A DNA stretch of 64,000 nt from the human T2T-CHM13v2.0 reference genome, Homo sapiens: assembly GCF_009914755.1 (NCBI RefSeq), contig NC_060947.1. One strand, given 5' to 3'. A program made the position numbers and the translations under genes. This document shows, piece by piece, positions 25,706-39,710 of this stretch. How positions within the stretch are numbered: position 1 is the stretch's first letter; the number at the start of each line of letters is the position of its first letter. The notes below the pieces were generated by a model, which did not search any database, was not told the origin of the DNA, and saw only the letters and a list, made by a program, of their open reading frames with translations.

Positions 25706-26929
25706 TTACACTGTCCTGCTTCCAAATGTCTCAGACTTCACGTGGGAATTCTTAGACTCCCTATTCAGACCCAACAGCCATTAGTGACAAAAGGTCTAGA
25801 GCAGTCAGACTGACCTTTTTACAAAAAGAAAACTCCCTGGCAGCAGGAAAAAAAAAAAAATCATTATCTCTCAATATCCCCAGCAACCCACACTGGGGCC
25901 TCAAACTGATCTCTCTGCTTCCAGCCTACCCTTCTCCAAACCTTTCCTAAAACACAGATCTGGCCGTATCACTTTCTTGCTCAAAAGCCTTTTATGACTC
26001 CCCATCACCCACAGAGTAAAATCCAGGCTCTTGTCCCTATCTCTTCAGGCTCATTTCTCATCTTTAATCCCCTCCCCACCACCTCCAATTCTAACTGCCA
26101 CATCAGGAACCAAGCTTTGCTTGCCCCACCAGTGTGACCTTCCCACCCCTGAATTGGCTATAACACTCCAACAGTGCTGCTTTATCCCTAATACGAGCCC
26201 CTTGCCTCCATAAAAGAATTCCAGTTGTTGCCTCTGACTTCTCAGCTCCTTGTGACATCACACATTCTGTTCCTTTAACCCAGGTCAGGCTGTACCAGTA
26301 ATGATTTCTCCATTACAGCATCGTGCTCTCAGTACAACAGATTCCATGAGCATGTACTCCCTGAAACTTGACTGCCTCATCCATTCTCTGGCAGATGAAG
26401 TCTTTGTCCCTTTCTCAGAACACCATCAAGTTGAATGGGCCACCTCTCTGCTTAGGCACAGCATGATTCATGCCCTTAAGGATCTCACAGTCCAATTGCA
26501 ATAAACAGTGGCAAACAATATAAGTGCTCTAGCTGAGATAGGCACTTGTGAGTATAGAAAAGGCAGCTGACCCACACTAAAGAAGTCAGAGAAGGTTTCC
26601 CAGAGAAGGTGACATGAGTTGGATGAGGCAAGATTGGGAGGAGGTGGAAAAATTCCACCTCCTAGTATGTGAAAAGGCACAGAGATGGGAGAGACCATGA
26701 TACTTTCAGGGCCCGGCCAGTCATGTGGTTTAGCTGGGATATAGAGAGTGACAGAAGATAAGCCTGGAGAGGTAGCTAGGGGCCAGATTGTAAAGGGCCT
26801 TGTATGTCATGGGAGGAGTCTCACCTTCACTTAAAAAGTGATGAGGAACAGTTGGAAGGCTTTAAGTAGAGGAATAATGTGGAACCCTGAGTGGGACAAA
26901 GCCTAGCTAAGTGGTTCTAGTTTTTCTTT

Positions 26930-27620
26930 CTTTTTCATTTTTAAAAGTTTTTATTTTGAAAAAAAATTAAACTTCCAGAAAAGTTGTAAAAATAGTACAA
27001 TTGCCTGTACACCTTCACTCAGCTTCCCCTATTGTTAATAACTTACAGAAAAATAGTACAAAGGAAATTAACATTTGTACAATAATATTACTAGGGTTCT
27101 TATTTGAATTTCATCAGTTTTCCCTTAATGTCCTTTTTCTGTTCCACAATCCAATTCAAGATCCCATATTGCATGTAATTGTTGTGTCTTTGTCTCTTTC
27201 AGTCTGCGATAGTTCATCATTCTTTTCCTGTCTTTCATGACTTAGATGCTTTGGATTAGTCCTAGCCAGTTATTTTGTAGAATGTCAGCTGGGGTTTGTC
27301 TAAAGTTTTCTCATTATTAGATTGAGGTTATGTATTTTTTTTTTTTTGTCAAGAATAACACCGAGGTGACATTATGCCCTTCTTAGTGTATCATGTCAAT
27401 GGGTACATAACATGGGTGTGCTGTATTACTGGTAATAGCTTATTATTGGTAATCTTGATTGCTTGTTTAAGGTGGTGTCTACAGGATCCTCTACTTGTAA
27501 ACTCTGTTTTTTCCATTTGCAATTTGTAAGTATCTTGTGGGTTCATACTTTGAGAATATACAGATATCCTGTTTCCCCTCAAAGTTTTGTCTACTGATTT
27601 TGTCATTATTGATGGATATT
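26930..27620 (-). mobile_element. Old L1 (L1M) 3'-end fragment
   Basis: ttttattttgaaa...cagaaaagttgtaaaaatagtac... and gttattttgtagaatgtc, antisense L1M 3'UTR motifs. Confidence 0.7.
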
Positions 27621-28046
27621 GCCTAATAGCCAAGTGTCTTGGTGGGAGATTTGGATGGAAGCCTGGAGCATGTCACAGGGAAACAGTGGTAAGGCCTTGA
27701 CATCCAGAAGCATCATGAGGGATACTAAAATACTTGGCAGGGAGTGTCTCAAAGGAGTAGAGGGGACTGTGAAATTAAAAAGAAAAACAAAAGGGACTGG
27801 CATCAGTCCTGTAGGCCCTTGTTTTACATCACAGTCTGAAAAAAGGCCAGCTTCTTGGGTGGCGAAATTTCTTCCAGATGCCTAAAGCTGTCTGGCTATA
27901 AGTCCCACCTGTACATAACTTGAGCTGCTTGCAGACTATCAGGCTGTTAGCACTAACACTCTTCTGGAAAATCATGACAGCCTGAGTTGGTCTGATGATC
28001 TCGGTCATGGTGGACCCCTGGGGCCCTTTTCTCACCTCCCGCTTAC

Positions 28047-28196
28047 CTTGAGCTGGCAGATCCATCATGCAGAATGGGGTACCCCGGACCATCACTTCTT
28101 GCATGATGATGGCAAAGCTATAGACATCTCCTGCAAAAGAACCTAACCTGCTGCCTCTTGGAGCTCTCAACAGTTCAGGGGCCGTCCACAGCAGCT
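28047..28196 (-). CDS. GUCY2F: GUCY2F coding exon (~exon 11): (E)LLWTAPELLRAPRGSRLGSFAGDVYSFAIIMQEV...DLPAQ
   Basis: 150 nt, phase 1/1. Acceptor ...tttttag| and donor |gtaagc. WTAPE and DVYSFAII kinase motifs. Confidence 0.96.
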
Positions 28197-29105
28197 CTAA
28201 AAAGAAAGCATTGTGTAATGAATGCAGGGAGGATTAACTGACAATATCTGCAATGCCCTCAAGGGCTCAGAGGGTACTGTTTTATTGACTGCCTTATATT
28301 TTTATTAGACAGACTGCCATGCTAGTGCCCCCCATCCCCCAGGGTCTGAATCTATTCTTCTAAGGAATTATGAACAGAGAAAACATACTACTCTCTCCAC
28401 CCCAGGACCACGCAGGCAGACACAGCAGCGATGTGGGAAAGGGCACAGAAGCTCAAAGTATAGAAATTCTCTGGTGCTTGCTTTCTTGAGCCTGCAAGTA
28501 GCAGTTGGCAGGTTTCCAGGGAAAGGCAAGTGTGCTACCACACTGGTTGCCATGGATTTGCTGTTTGCTGAGATCTATATGTGTCTGGTAATTTGATTGT
28601 GCTGGGGCTAAGAGATTCACAAGTTGCTTTCTCCAGGTCTCCTCTAAAAGGATTAGAGTTACCCCAGCCTTCCTATTCCTTGCAGTGCAAAAAGGTGCAA
28701 CAATTCCTTCAACTCAGTTCTGCAAATATTTATTGATGGTCTACTATGTACCATGCCCTGTGCTAGGCACAGAGGTGGTGCTAGAGATGAATCAAACTTG
28801 AGGAGTTCACAGACCAGTCGGAAACACAGACATATGCACCCCTAACTGCAATAAAAGAGAGGGAATGATGAGGGCCACTACATAGTAAAGGGAAATGAAT
28901 CCATTAAAGGTCAAAGTTAAACACCCATTGTGTGCTCTGCTGCATTTCAGGCCCCGTCAGGGACAAAACATTATTTCTGCATTCAGAGTTTATGGCAGTG
29001 AGAATGTCAGAAATTTTTCTTGGGTGGGGGGCACTGTAAGCAATGTATAAAGAAATATAATTTAACAATAGAAATACAGTACTCAAAAGCTGGAAGAAGA
29101 GTGTT

Positions 29106-29185
29106 TTAGATTGAATTATATAAAGTTACCATTTCTGTGAATCAAAAACAGTTAGATATTGGCAATTTCATCAGGTTCAAACTAA
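29106..29185. mobile_element. MADE2-like mariner MITE (~80 bp)
   Basis: Imperfect terminal inverted repeats ttagattgaa.../...ggcaatttcatcaggttcaaactaa; resembles the MADE2 consensus as I recall it. Confidence 0.7.
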
Positions 29186-31029
29186 AAAAAAAACTGAGCT
29201 GATCAAATTAATCCAGGAAGACTTCCTGGAAAAGTTAAATTTTAAATGTGCTTGTTAGGAAGGTCAAGGATGCAACTTTCTGGAGCTGAGAAGGTAAGGG
29301 CTTTTTTCTCCCTAGAAAGAACAGCATGTGCAAAAGAACAAGAGGCAGAAAGGAGCAAATTGCGGGTGGGGGGATGCCGGGTGGTGGTAAGCAGATTAGC
29401 TTGACTGAAGAGAAGGGCTCTGTTAAGGAATAATGAGAAATGAGAAGTGGGGTTGATGAAGTGGGGGAGGGCGGGTGTCTGGAAGAATGGGGGCAGAAGG
29501 TGAGAGGCCCTGAGAGCCAAATGAAGGCATTTGGAGTGAATACAAAAGGCAGTAGGGGTGCTGGAGCTGGAGAGGGATTTGATGAAAGCCCTGTTTGGGA
29601 AGATTAATCTGGCAACCTGCACAAGCTGGATTGAAGGAGAGAGGCTGGAATCAGGGAGATCAGCTAGGAAGTTATTGCAGTAAGAGCAGGTAGTGAGGTG
29701 AGAGGGGCCTAAATGGGGGTGGGGGTAGTAGCAGCAACACAGTCAACCAGATACACTGGAAGGCTACAATGGAGAAGGAAGTGACAGGGCTAAGGATAGG
29801 CTCCCTGTGCCTTGAGAATGAGAGGGAGTTGGAGTAAACAACAAGGTGACATCCAGATAGTGAGGTTGGAGACAAATGTCTGCTAAGAGTGAGGGTATCA
29901 GGGAGAAAGTAATGGCTAACTTTTCATCTTGTTAAATTTTGGGTATTGGGAAGAGAGTCCAAGAAACAAAGTCCTATGAAATAGGAAGAAGGGTGAAAGG
30001 TGAGAGATTATTTTGGTTTGTTAGCAAAACCCAGGAAAGAGAAATCCACCATGGAAATTCTTATTTTCAGCCAATCCTGATCAAAATGGTGAAATAAGAA
30101 ATTCCAGTTTCACCACCAATCATGTACCCATCTTCTCTCTTTGCTCTTTAAGTGTCCCCAGGCTTTGTCCCCCAACCAGACCCCTCTGAGCTTCCACCCA
30201 CCATCCACCACTCACTCACACCCATGAAAGTCTCCAAAACACTCACTATAGTGATTTTGCCCCTATGTCTCCCTGCCTAGGAAGATTTATATTTACAAAT
30301 CAAACGGAAAACAATGAATGATACTTGAATGATTGAATGTCAAAGGAATACATTTATAGTTGCGGGATTTTAGGCACCATGGTTTTGGAGAGGAGTGCAA
30401 GGATGAATATTTGAGAGCAGGAAAAATGGCATGTGGCTGCTTCTTTTTGGCATCCTTTCTCCCTGCACATTTAAAAGCACAAGATGGAAAAAGAGGGCAA
30501 AACTCTCTGGTAAAAGCTGGGTGATTAAATACAATCATTACAAAATAGTATTTCCAAAGAGCACTTACATGTATGTTGTTAATGGCTATAATGAGGCTTT
30601 TCTGCACTATACTTATATAATCGAGAGTGGACAGTAATGAATACATTTACAATCCGCCCCCATTTCCTCATCTCCACTCCAGAACCAAGTAAGAGCCACT
30701 AACTACCATTAGAGTTGAACTCTCGGGAAAACTAGAGAAATTACTTTGGTTTGTTTTTTATCTGCTGGAGCCACTATTAACTCTGAGCTTTGCTAGGGTG
30801 ATAGAATTGACTTTGGAGAGCTACTGTGGTATAGTATAAAAGAACACAGAACTGGAAGTCTAGAGACCCGGGTTCAAAATCTTAGCTTGGTCACCAAGTA
30901 GCTACCTTTCTGAACCTTGGCTTCCCTATCTATAAAATGGAAGTTGGGTCAGATGACATCCAATGGCCTTTCAATTATGAGATTCATTTAGCCTCATATC
31001 TAAGGTAGGGAGACAAGTTCCTTTATTTC

Positions 31030-31680
31030 ATTTTATTTTGTTCTTTTGTTGATTCAACAAATATTCTGTCAGGAACTGTGAAAGGCACTGAGAAAGGCAA
31101 ACCTGTTTCCTGCCCCCACAGAGCTTGTAGTTTGGGTGGGGGGAGACAAGGTTAATTGAATGAGTAATGCTAATGAACTATGGTATCACAACAAAGTTCA
31201 GGGCCCTGAAGGATTATAAAGAGGGCAACCTAGCCCAGCATAGGGGTCATGGAAAGCCTCTTGAGGCAGTGGTACTTAAGTTGAACCCTGAAGAAATAGA
31301 ATTTAGCCAGACCCAGATGAGTATATGAAAGAGTGGGAAGAGAAGAGTGTCCCAGGCAGAAGACACAGCTTGTGTGGAGATTTAGTAGTAAGAGACAGCC
31401 TGGTGTAATGTAAATAAACAACTAGAAGCAGTTCAGCATGGCCAGAGCATAAAGCAGGGGGGTAGTGGTTAGCATGAGAGGTCAGCAAGTTCCAGGCCAT
31501 GCAGGGCTCAGCTCGTAAGCCATGTAAAGGAATTTGATCTTTATCCTTAGAGCAATGGGAAGCCATTCGATAGATTTAGGCACAGCTGTAACATGATCAG
31601 ATTTGCAGTTTAGAAAGCTCCTTCTGGCTGCAGTGTGTGAAGAATGGACTGACCATCCATACTGCCACTGCAATTTGGAG
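31030..31680 (-). mobile_element. L2 LINE fragment
   Basis: attcaacaaatatt start, and gagcaatgggaagccatt...catgatcagatttgcagtttagaaagctc. Confidence 0.75.
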
Positions 31681-31808
31681 AATGGAGTAATATGATAAGA
31701 GGGAGAGACAGAGACAGAGACAGAGGAGACAGACAGACATAGTCCACCCAAAAGCACAAAACCAGAAAAGAGAGCCCTGCAGCTATCCTTTACCCACCCT
31801 AAGACTAG

Positions 31809-32152
<344 letters not shown>

Positions 32153-33825
32153 TGATTTTGACAAAATACTAAGTACTTGCCCTCTCTACAGGATAGGGGC
32201 TAGAATTCAGAAAACCTGAATTTGAAGTCCTAGAACTGCTGCTAAGTCACTGCAGGTTTGGAGCAAATCATGAGCTTCAGTTGTCTCATCTGTAAAAGGA
32301 GGGAATTGGACTAGATGACTCCCTAAATTTAATAACCCACAAGTCTTATAAAGAGCAAAGTCTTATAAAGTCCAGATACCACCAATGACTGGACTCTCTG
32401 TCTATGCATGTGTCTCTCTCTCTCTGTGTGTCTTTCATTCTTCTTTTCTTTTATGTAGTAAAGTCAGCAGTTTTAAAACTTACGCCAAAGGTAATTTTAA
32501 GAATATGGATATATGATGTAGTTTTGCATCTCTCTGTCTCTGTCTATCTTTTTTTGGGCTGTTTGCTTTTCTGTCTTTTGTGTCACTATCTCTCTTCTTT
32601 ATGCTTGCAATATTGGTTAAAACATTTAATGCCCACATTTCCTATACGTATTTCATCATATTTGTTCTCTTTCTTTTTCCTCTTTCTCCCCCTCATCTAT
32701 CTGCTCCTTCTTCCCTGGTTCTCACCCACCCACCCCCATCTCAGATTTCTCCTATTTCTTTGATCTGTTATAACTCCTACTGGCATTGTTTAGTGCTACC
32801 ACTGGTGCACTAGACAGAAGACAAAAACACAAAATGGACGTTGTTGGTGTGAAAATTGATGATATGAACTGGAGTTATCTTATTATATCCAATTAAATTG
32901 GAGTCCAGAGACCATGGGAGAAAAAGAAAAGCACTTGGGGCACAAGTGCCTGCCCAGGGATAATCTTGCAAGCCAGATACCGAAATGACCTTCTATAATC
33001 TTAATATCAGTTTTACCTAGTAGCTGATGAAAGAAACTGTCATGACTCTAAGACGAGTTTTACCTACAGCCATCACTTACCAATCGGAGCTTTCCTGCTC
33101 CCCAAAACTTTGGTAGTGCCAATGAGTTTTCTTTAAAAACCATATATAACATTTCTCTTTCCAATAAAACCCCCAACTTTTCTGTGTTCTTTGGACACAC
33201 CAAGGACCACCCTGGTCTATGTGCATGCCACAAAATGAAATTCTGTTTTCCCAAATAAAATGTTTCATTTAAAGATTTGTCCCTATATTTTTATTTGACT
33301 TTGACACAGGCATGGCTACTTATTTGCTAGAAGGCCACAGTTCTGCCTGAAGCCTTCCCACATAAACCACAGAGCATTTATTTGCTGAGAGATCACTCCT
33401 CGCTTCTTCCTCTCTGACAGAGACTGTGCTGGTATGCTCTAGTGACGTCCCATTCTAAAATGTACGTTGTGGGGGTCCAGCTTCCAAATTACTCTCCATT
33501 CAACTTGACAAGTATTTATTGAGCACCTACTGTGTGCCTAGTGCTCAGCAAGTTTTTCCAGGGACTGCTGGGGTCTCCAAACAATACATCCTAATCCTGC
33601 CACAGCAGGAACTGAACATTATTACACTGGCTTTGTTCAGAAAGCTTGGCTGGGCCGAGGTTACAGCAGGCCTACTTCATTCAAGTCCCTTGGCTTGGAA
33701 ATGAGGCTGGATTTTCAACAAAAGTGGAGAGTTGAAATCAGCCTGAGGCTTTAATTCAGTGCATATTTTCATTTGAACTTTGGAGTTACCTCGTGTGCAT
33801 CAGAAGGGTACAATTCATTGCTTAC

Positions 33826-33982
33826 CTTCCATAGAAGATTCCTCTTCAGAGAGTCTCAGCATTTCTAAGATGTCGTTAAAGCCATAATCTGTCACTTTTA
33901 GTACAAAACGCCCATCTACCACACAGTTTCGAGACTTTAGCCTCCCATGAACAAACTCTCTGTGGTGTAAGTACTTCATGCC
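33826..33982 (-). CDS. GUCY2F: GUCY2F coding exon (~exon 10): [34 protein letters not shown]...SSME
   Basis: 157 nt. Acceptor ...ctacag| and donor |gtaagc. Pseudokinase signature: HGRLKSRN in place of HRD and DYG in place of DFG. Confidence 0.96.
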
Positions 33983-34319
33983 CTGTAGATGACACAACAG
34001 GATTTATTTAGCAACTCATTTAACTATTTTGTGCTTTTAACACCAATTTCTGAGATTGTTAATGGCATGAGCTATTATGATCCAGAACTCAGCTTTTTTC
34101 TCTTCTATGCAGGCAAAGTAAACCTTTGACAACCTGAGTCAGTTTTCAGATCCCTCGTAGCTCTAAAATTTTATGCTTTGATAAAGAATGTTATCTTGTG
34201 TGTGCAGAGAATTATGTGTTACTAGATTTATTAACATTTCAGATACAGAATGGATCCATATACATATAATTACCAGGAATTTGGAGATTTTGATTTTCCC
34301 CAAAAGTTCTAACCCACTC

Positions 34320-34890
34320 TCACCCATTATTGGCAAGAATGGAAACTGGGACAAACTTGTGCATGGGCAATTTGGCAATAGCTATCAAAATTTAAACTAT
34401 GTGTACCCTATGATCCAGGGGTTCTACCTCTCCTCCAGAGAAATGCTTGCATGTATACACAAAGAGACAAAGATAAGAATGCTTGTTGTAGCTTTGCTTT
34501 TATAATAGTATATAATTGGAAATGCACTAAATATCAATAAGGGACTGGCTAGAGTGTGGTACATTCACACTAGGGAATATTCTGCAGCACTTAAAAAGAA
34601 TAAGATAGATCTGTATGTAGCTGACATAGAAACAACTCTAATCCATAAAGTAAGTGAAATATAGTAATTACAGAACTATGTGACAGCATGTATATTTAAC
34701 AAACAAAAAAGTCATCTGTAATGCATATAAATACACAAGAAATTAATTACAAGGTGGGTTGCCAAATTGTTAGCAGTAGTTAACTTTGAGGGGGAGTATG
34801 AAGAAAGAGGGTTGAGTAAATGCGAGTATTTTTCCAATATATGTCATTTGCGTTTTACACTTAATATATTATTTTTGTAATTAAAAATAG
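34320..34890 (+). mobile_element. Old L1 (L1ME-like) 3' fragment
   Basis: tttggcaatagctatcaaaatttaaa...atattctgcagcacttaaaaagaat. Confidence 0.6.
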
Positions 34891-36109
34891 GCAACCAGAA
34901 AGAAGAAAGCTGTCTAGTGCCGATCTCTGCACTTGCTTGGCAGCCTTCATATGGTATTCAAATGTGACCAGGACTCTCGTTCAGATGGATTTATTCATTC
35001 TGTATATACATACATTTATATTCTAGTACAGTCATTTCAGAACTTTGTTTGCTAAAAGTCTTTTTAAGTATCTGGCTCTTTTGCAGTGTGACACCCCTTT
35101 GTACTTGGAATTCTTTTCACCCTGTGCTCTTGGATAGTCTGCACTCTTCAGTACTTCTGAGTAGAGTCTACAGTGGGCAAGATTCCCCCCATGTTGTCTA
35201 ACGGTTGCTTTTCATTCATCATGGCCTTGAGGGGATTGTCATATAGAGGCTCCTCCCTTAACTCACTGGGCTTAGCTTACAGTGTGAGCAGAAAAAGTAC
35301 TAGAATAAGAATCAGGAGATTTGGATTTTATTATCAGCTCCGCCACCTAATAGTTGGCTGAGAAATATTTATTGAGTACCTACTATATGTGCCAGACACT
35401 CTATAACAACGAGTACCTCATTTAACCTCCCTGAGCCTCTGTAAAAGGAGGCTAATCACACCTATCTTAAAGGGAATTGGCATGAGAGAATGTCTTTCCC
35501 TTTCAAGGCCCCTGAAAAAGGATTAGGCTAGCAGAAAAAGGTCAAGACTATGATCAGTATGCAGGAAGCCCAAAAAGTCATTGAGTATGCAGATCAGCCC
35601 TGTAAAAAATGCACATATACACAATTTGCATATCATTCCATGGCGTTCATGGGATCCCCAGAAGCTCCTCCATGGGACTCATCTATGAACCCTACCTTGG
35701 CTGTCAGGAATCTTTGGCTCAGAGAATAAAGGTGATGCCTGATAGATCCACTGGTCTTTTGGTTTTCCAGTGGCACTGAGTTCCACATACACAGCCATTG
35801 TATGTAAAGACCTCTCACCTAGTTCTAGACTGAGCCACCATTTAGAAGGGTGAAAACTAGGAGGTAGGGCTAAGTAGCACCAAATAATCTGGGAATGAGC
35901 ACTTTCCCACATCCACAAAGCAGAGAAATTGGATGAAAGAAAGGATCGCTTAAGGCAGAAGAGTGCTTAATGGCAACAGGAAGTAAAGAAAAATCTGGAC
36001 CTCAAACTGGGGAGAGGACAGGCAAACCTTTTCCATATCTGTATCATATAACAGATATGGACAAAAGGACTGTGAGAAGGGTGGTGGGGTAAAAACTTGG
36101 GAAGGAAAG

Positions 36110-38378
36110 TGATATGGTTTGGCTGGGATCCCACCCACATCTCAACTTGAATGGTATCTTCCAGAATCCCCATGTGTTGTGGGAGGGACCCAGGGGGATG
36201 TAATTGAATCATGGGGGCTGGTCTTTTCCATGCTATTCTCATGATAGTGAATAAGTCTCACGAGATCTGATGAGTTCATCAAAGATTTCCACTTTTGCTG
36301 CTTCCTCATCTTCTCTTCCCGCTACCATGTAAGAAGTGCCTTTTGCCTCCCATCATGAATCTGAGGCCTCCACAGCCATGTGAAACTATAAGTCCAATTA
36401 AACCTCTTTTTTATTCCCAGTCTTGGGTATGTCTTTATCAGCAGCATGAAAATGGACTAATGTAGTATGTTGGTACTACGAGTGGGGCATTGCTGAAAAG
36501 ATACTCGAAAATGTGGAAGTGATTTTGGAACTAGGTAACAGCCAGAGGTTGGAACAGTTTGGAGGTCTCAGAAGAAGACAGGAAAATGTGGGAAAGTTTG
36601 GACTCTCCTAGAGACTTGTTGAATGGCTTTGACAAAAATGCTCATAGTGAGATGAACAATAAGGTCCAGGCTGAGGTGTCTCAGATGGAGATGAGTAACT
36701 TGCTGGGAACTGGAGCAAAGGTGACTCTTGTTATGTTTTAGCAAAGACACTGGTGGCATTTTGCCCCTGCCCTAGAGATTTGTGGAACTTTGAACTTGAG
36801 AGAGATGATTTAGGGTATCTGGCAGAAGACATTTCTAAGCAGCAAAGCATTCAAAAGGTGACTTGGGTGCTGTTAAAAGCATTCTGTTTTAAAAGGGAAA
36901 CAGAGCATAACAGTTTAGAAAATTTGCAGCCTGACAATGCAGTAGAAAAGCAAAACCTATTTTTTTAGGAGAAATTCAAGCTGGCTGCAGAAGTCTGCAT
37001 GAGTAGCAAGGAGCCTAATGTTAATCCACAAGACCATGGGGAACATGTCCCCAGGCCACATCAGAGACCTTCATGGCAGCCCCTCCCATCACAGGCCTGG
37101 AGGCCCAGGAGGAAAACGTGGTTTCATGGGCTGGGCCCAGGGTCCCCATGCTGTGTGCAGCCTAGGGACTTGGTTCCCTGTGTCCCAGCTGCTCCAACTG
37201 TGGCTGAAAGGGGCCAACATAAAGCTTGGGCTGTGGCTTCAGAGGGCGGAAGCCCCAAGCCTTGGCAGCTTCCATGTGGTGTTGAGCCTGCAGGTGCACA
37301 GAAGTCAGGAACTGAGGTTTGGGAACCTCTGCCTAGATTTCAGAAGATGTATGGGAATGCCTGGATGCCCAGGCAAAAGTTTGCTGCAGGAGCAGGACCC
37401 TCATGGAGAACCTCTGCTAGGGCACTGAGGAAGGGAAATGTGGGGTCAGAGCCCCCACACAGAATCCCTACTGGGGCACTGCCTAGTGGAGCTGTGAGAA
37501 GAGGGCCACCATTCTCCAGATCCACCGACAGCTTGCACTGTGCACCTGGAAAAGCCACACACACTCAATGCCAGCCCATGAAAGCAGCCAGAAGGGAGGC
37601 TGTACCCTGCAAAGTCACAGGGGCAGAGCTGCCCAAGACCATGTGAACCCACTTCTTGCATCAGCGTGACCTGGATGTGAGACCTGGAGTCAAAGGAGAT
37701 CATTTTGGAGCTTTAAAATTTGACTGCCCCACTGGATTTCGGACTTGCATGGGCCCTGTAACCCCTTGGTATTGGCCAATTTTTCCCATTTAGAACAGCT
37801 GTATTTACCCAATACCTTTACCCCCATTGTAACTAGGAAGCAACTAGCTTGCTTTTGATTTTGCAGGCTCATAGGCAGAAGGGATTTGCCTTGTCTCAGA
37901 TGAGACTTTGGACTGTGGACTTTTGGGTTAATGCTGAAATGAGTTAAGACTTTGTGGGACTATTGGGAAGGCATGATTGGTTTTGAAATGTGAGGACATG
38001 AGACTTGGAGGGGCCAGGGGTGGAATGATGTGGTTTGGCTGTGTCCCCACCCAAATCTCAACTCAAATTGTATCTCCCAGAATTCCCACGTGTAGTGGGA
38101 GGGACCCGGGGGAGGTAATTGAATCGTGAGGGCTGGTCTTTTCTGTGCTATTCTCGTGATAGTGAATAAGTCTCATCAGATCTGATGGGTTTGGCAGGGG
38201 TTTCCACTTTTGCTTCTTCCTCATTTTCTCTTGCCACCACCATATAAGAAGTGCCTTTCACCTCCTGCCATGATTCTGAAGCCTCCCCAGCCATGTGGAA
38301 CTGTAAGTCCAATTAAACATCTCTTTCTTCCCAGTCTCAGGTATGTCTTTATCAGCAGCATGAAAATGGACTAATACA
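36110..38378 (+). mobile_element. Full-length THE1A MaLR LTR element (LTR 36110-36464, internal region, LTR 38026-38378)
   Basis: Two ~355-bp LTRs beginning tgatatggtttggct / tgatgtggtttggct and ending ggactaatgta / ggactaataca. ~1.56-kb internal region. Perfect 5-bp TSD gaaag (36105-36109 and 38379-38383). Confidence 0.93.
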
Positions 38379-38489
38379 GAAAGTAAGGAGTGAAATGATC
38401 ACAACAATCTGAGGAAAATAAAATATCCCAAAACATTAAAGTTCTAATCTACAGAGAAAATCCAAGATTTCCTCAGTCTTCCCATTAAC

Positions 38490-38666
38490 CTTTATGAGAT
38501 CCAGCAAGAGTGATGATTTAAACATCCAGTCAAGTTTCACATCTTGATTTGTCAGTATGTCTTCTAGGCTCCCTCGGGAACAGAATTCTGTCACAATGGC
38601 AAACATCCCCGAATCATAGAAGAAACCCAATAAAGGGTTAATATTCTCATGACGCAAGTCCTTCAT
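38490..38666 (-). CDS. GUCY2F: GUCY2F coding exon (~exon 9): [16 protein letters not shown]...SSLLLDLIK
   Basis: 177 nt, phase 0/0. Acceptor ...tttccag| and donor |gttaat. Kinase-fold subdomains ([17 protein letters not shown]). Lies within ORF 38436..38696. Confidence 0.96.
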
Positions 38667-38767
38667 CTGGAAATGAGAGACAGAAATGAGAGTCACAGCT
38701 GTCCTGTCTCAACTGGGGACCACAGTTGAGGGCACATAACCTTCTCTTGACCCTTCTTATGATTGGT

Positions 38768-39710
38768 TGTGTGGTTGACAGAATTTTGACTCCCATGATG
38801 ATCTCCAACCCCTAGTGTTACTCCTGTGATTGTGTTTTGTTATACAACAAAAAGGAGATTATCAGGGTGAGCCTAATCTAACTAATCACGTGATCCCATA
38901 AAAACAAAAGAAGAGTGCAGAAGATAAATCAGAGAGATTCAAAATATGAGGACTCAACAGACCATTGTTGGCTTTGAAGATGGGGGAAGGAGGCTATAAG
39001 CCAAAGAATGTGGGCAGCCTCTAGAAGCTGGTAACCACCCTCAGCTGACACCCAGCAAGAAAGCGGGGACCTCAATTAATATAGTTTTGCTGTGTCCCCA
39101 CCCAAATCTCATCTTGAATTCCCATGATTCCCACATATTGTGAGAGGGACCCACTAGGAGGTAATTGAATCATGGGGGCAGGTCTTTCCCATGCTGTTCT
39201 CATGATAGTGAATAAGTTTCACGAGATCTGATGGTTTTATAAAGGGGAGTTCCCCTGCACATGTCCTCTTGCCTGCCACCACGTAAAACATGTCTTGCTT
39301 CCCCTTCACCCTCCCCTATGATTGTGAGCCCTCTCCAGCCATGTGGAACTGTGAGTTCATTAAACTTCTTTCCTTTATAAATTACCCAGTCTCAGGTATG
39401 TCTTTATTAGCAGCATGATAACGGACTAATACATTGATCCTATGACCCCACTGAACTGAATTCTGCAGGCAACCTGAAGAAACCTAGAAATGGTTCCCCC
39501 TCACCCCAGCCCTGCCCCCTGCCACAGGTCTCCAGATAAGAGCACAGTGCAACTGACACCTTGACTTCAGAGTTTTGAGATGCCAAGCAAAACACCCAGC
39601 TGAGTCAGCATTGACTGCTGATCTACAGAACTGTGGGATAATAAATTAGTGATGTTTTACGCCACTAAGTTTGCACTAATTTGTTACAGCAGCAGTAGAA
39701 AACAAATTCA
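38768..39710 (+). mobile_element. MLT1 solo LTR interrupted by a THE1B-like solo LTR (39077-39433)
   Basis: MLT1 motifs gctttgaagatgg, gcagcctctagaagctgg and ctacagaactgtgggataataaatt. Nested THE1 LTR taatatagttttgctgtgtccccacccaaatctcatcttgaatt...ggactaataca. Confidence 0.85.

Noticed and set aside
36999-37646. 215-aa plus-strand ORF, the longest in the window
   Set aside because: Lies wholly within the THE1A internal region. Such ORFs are typical MaLR remnants and there is no evidence of a gene.
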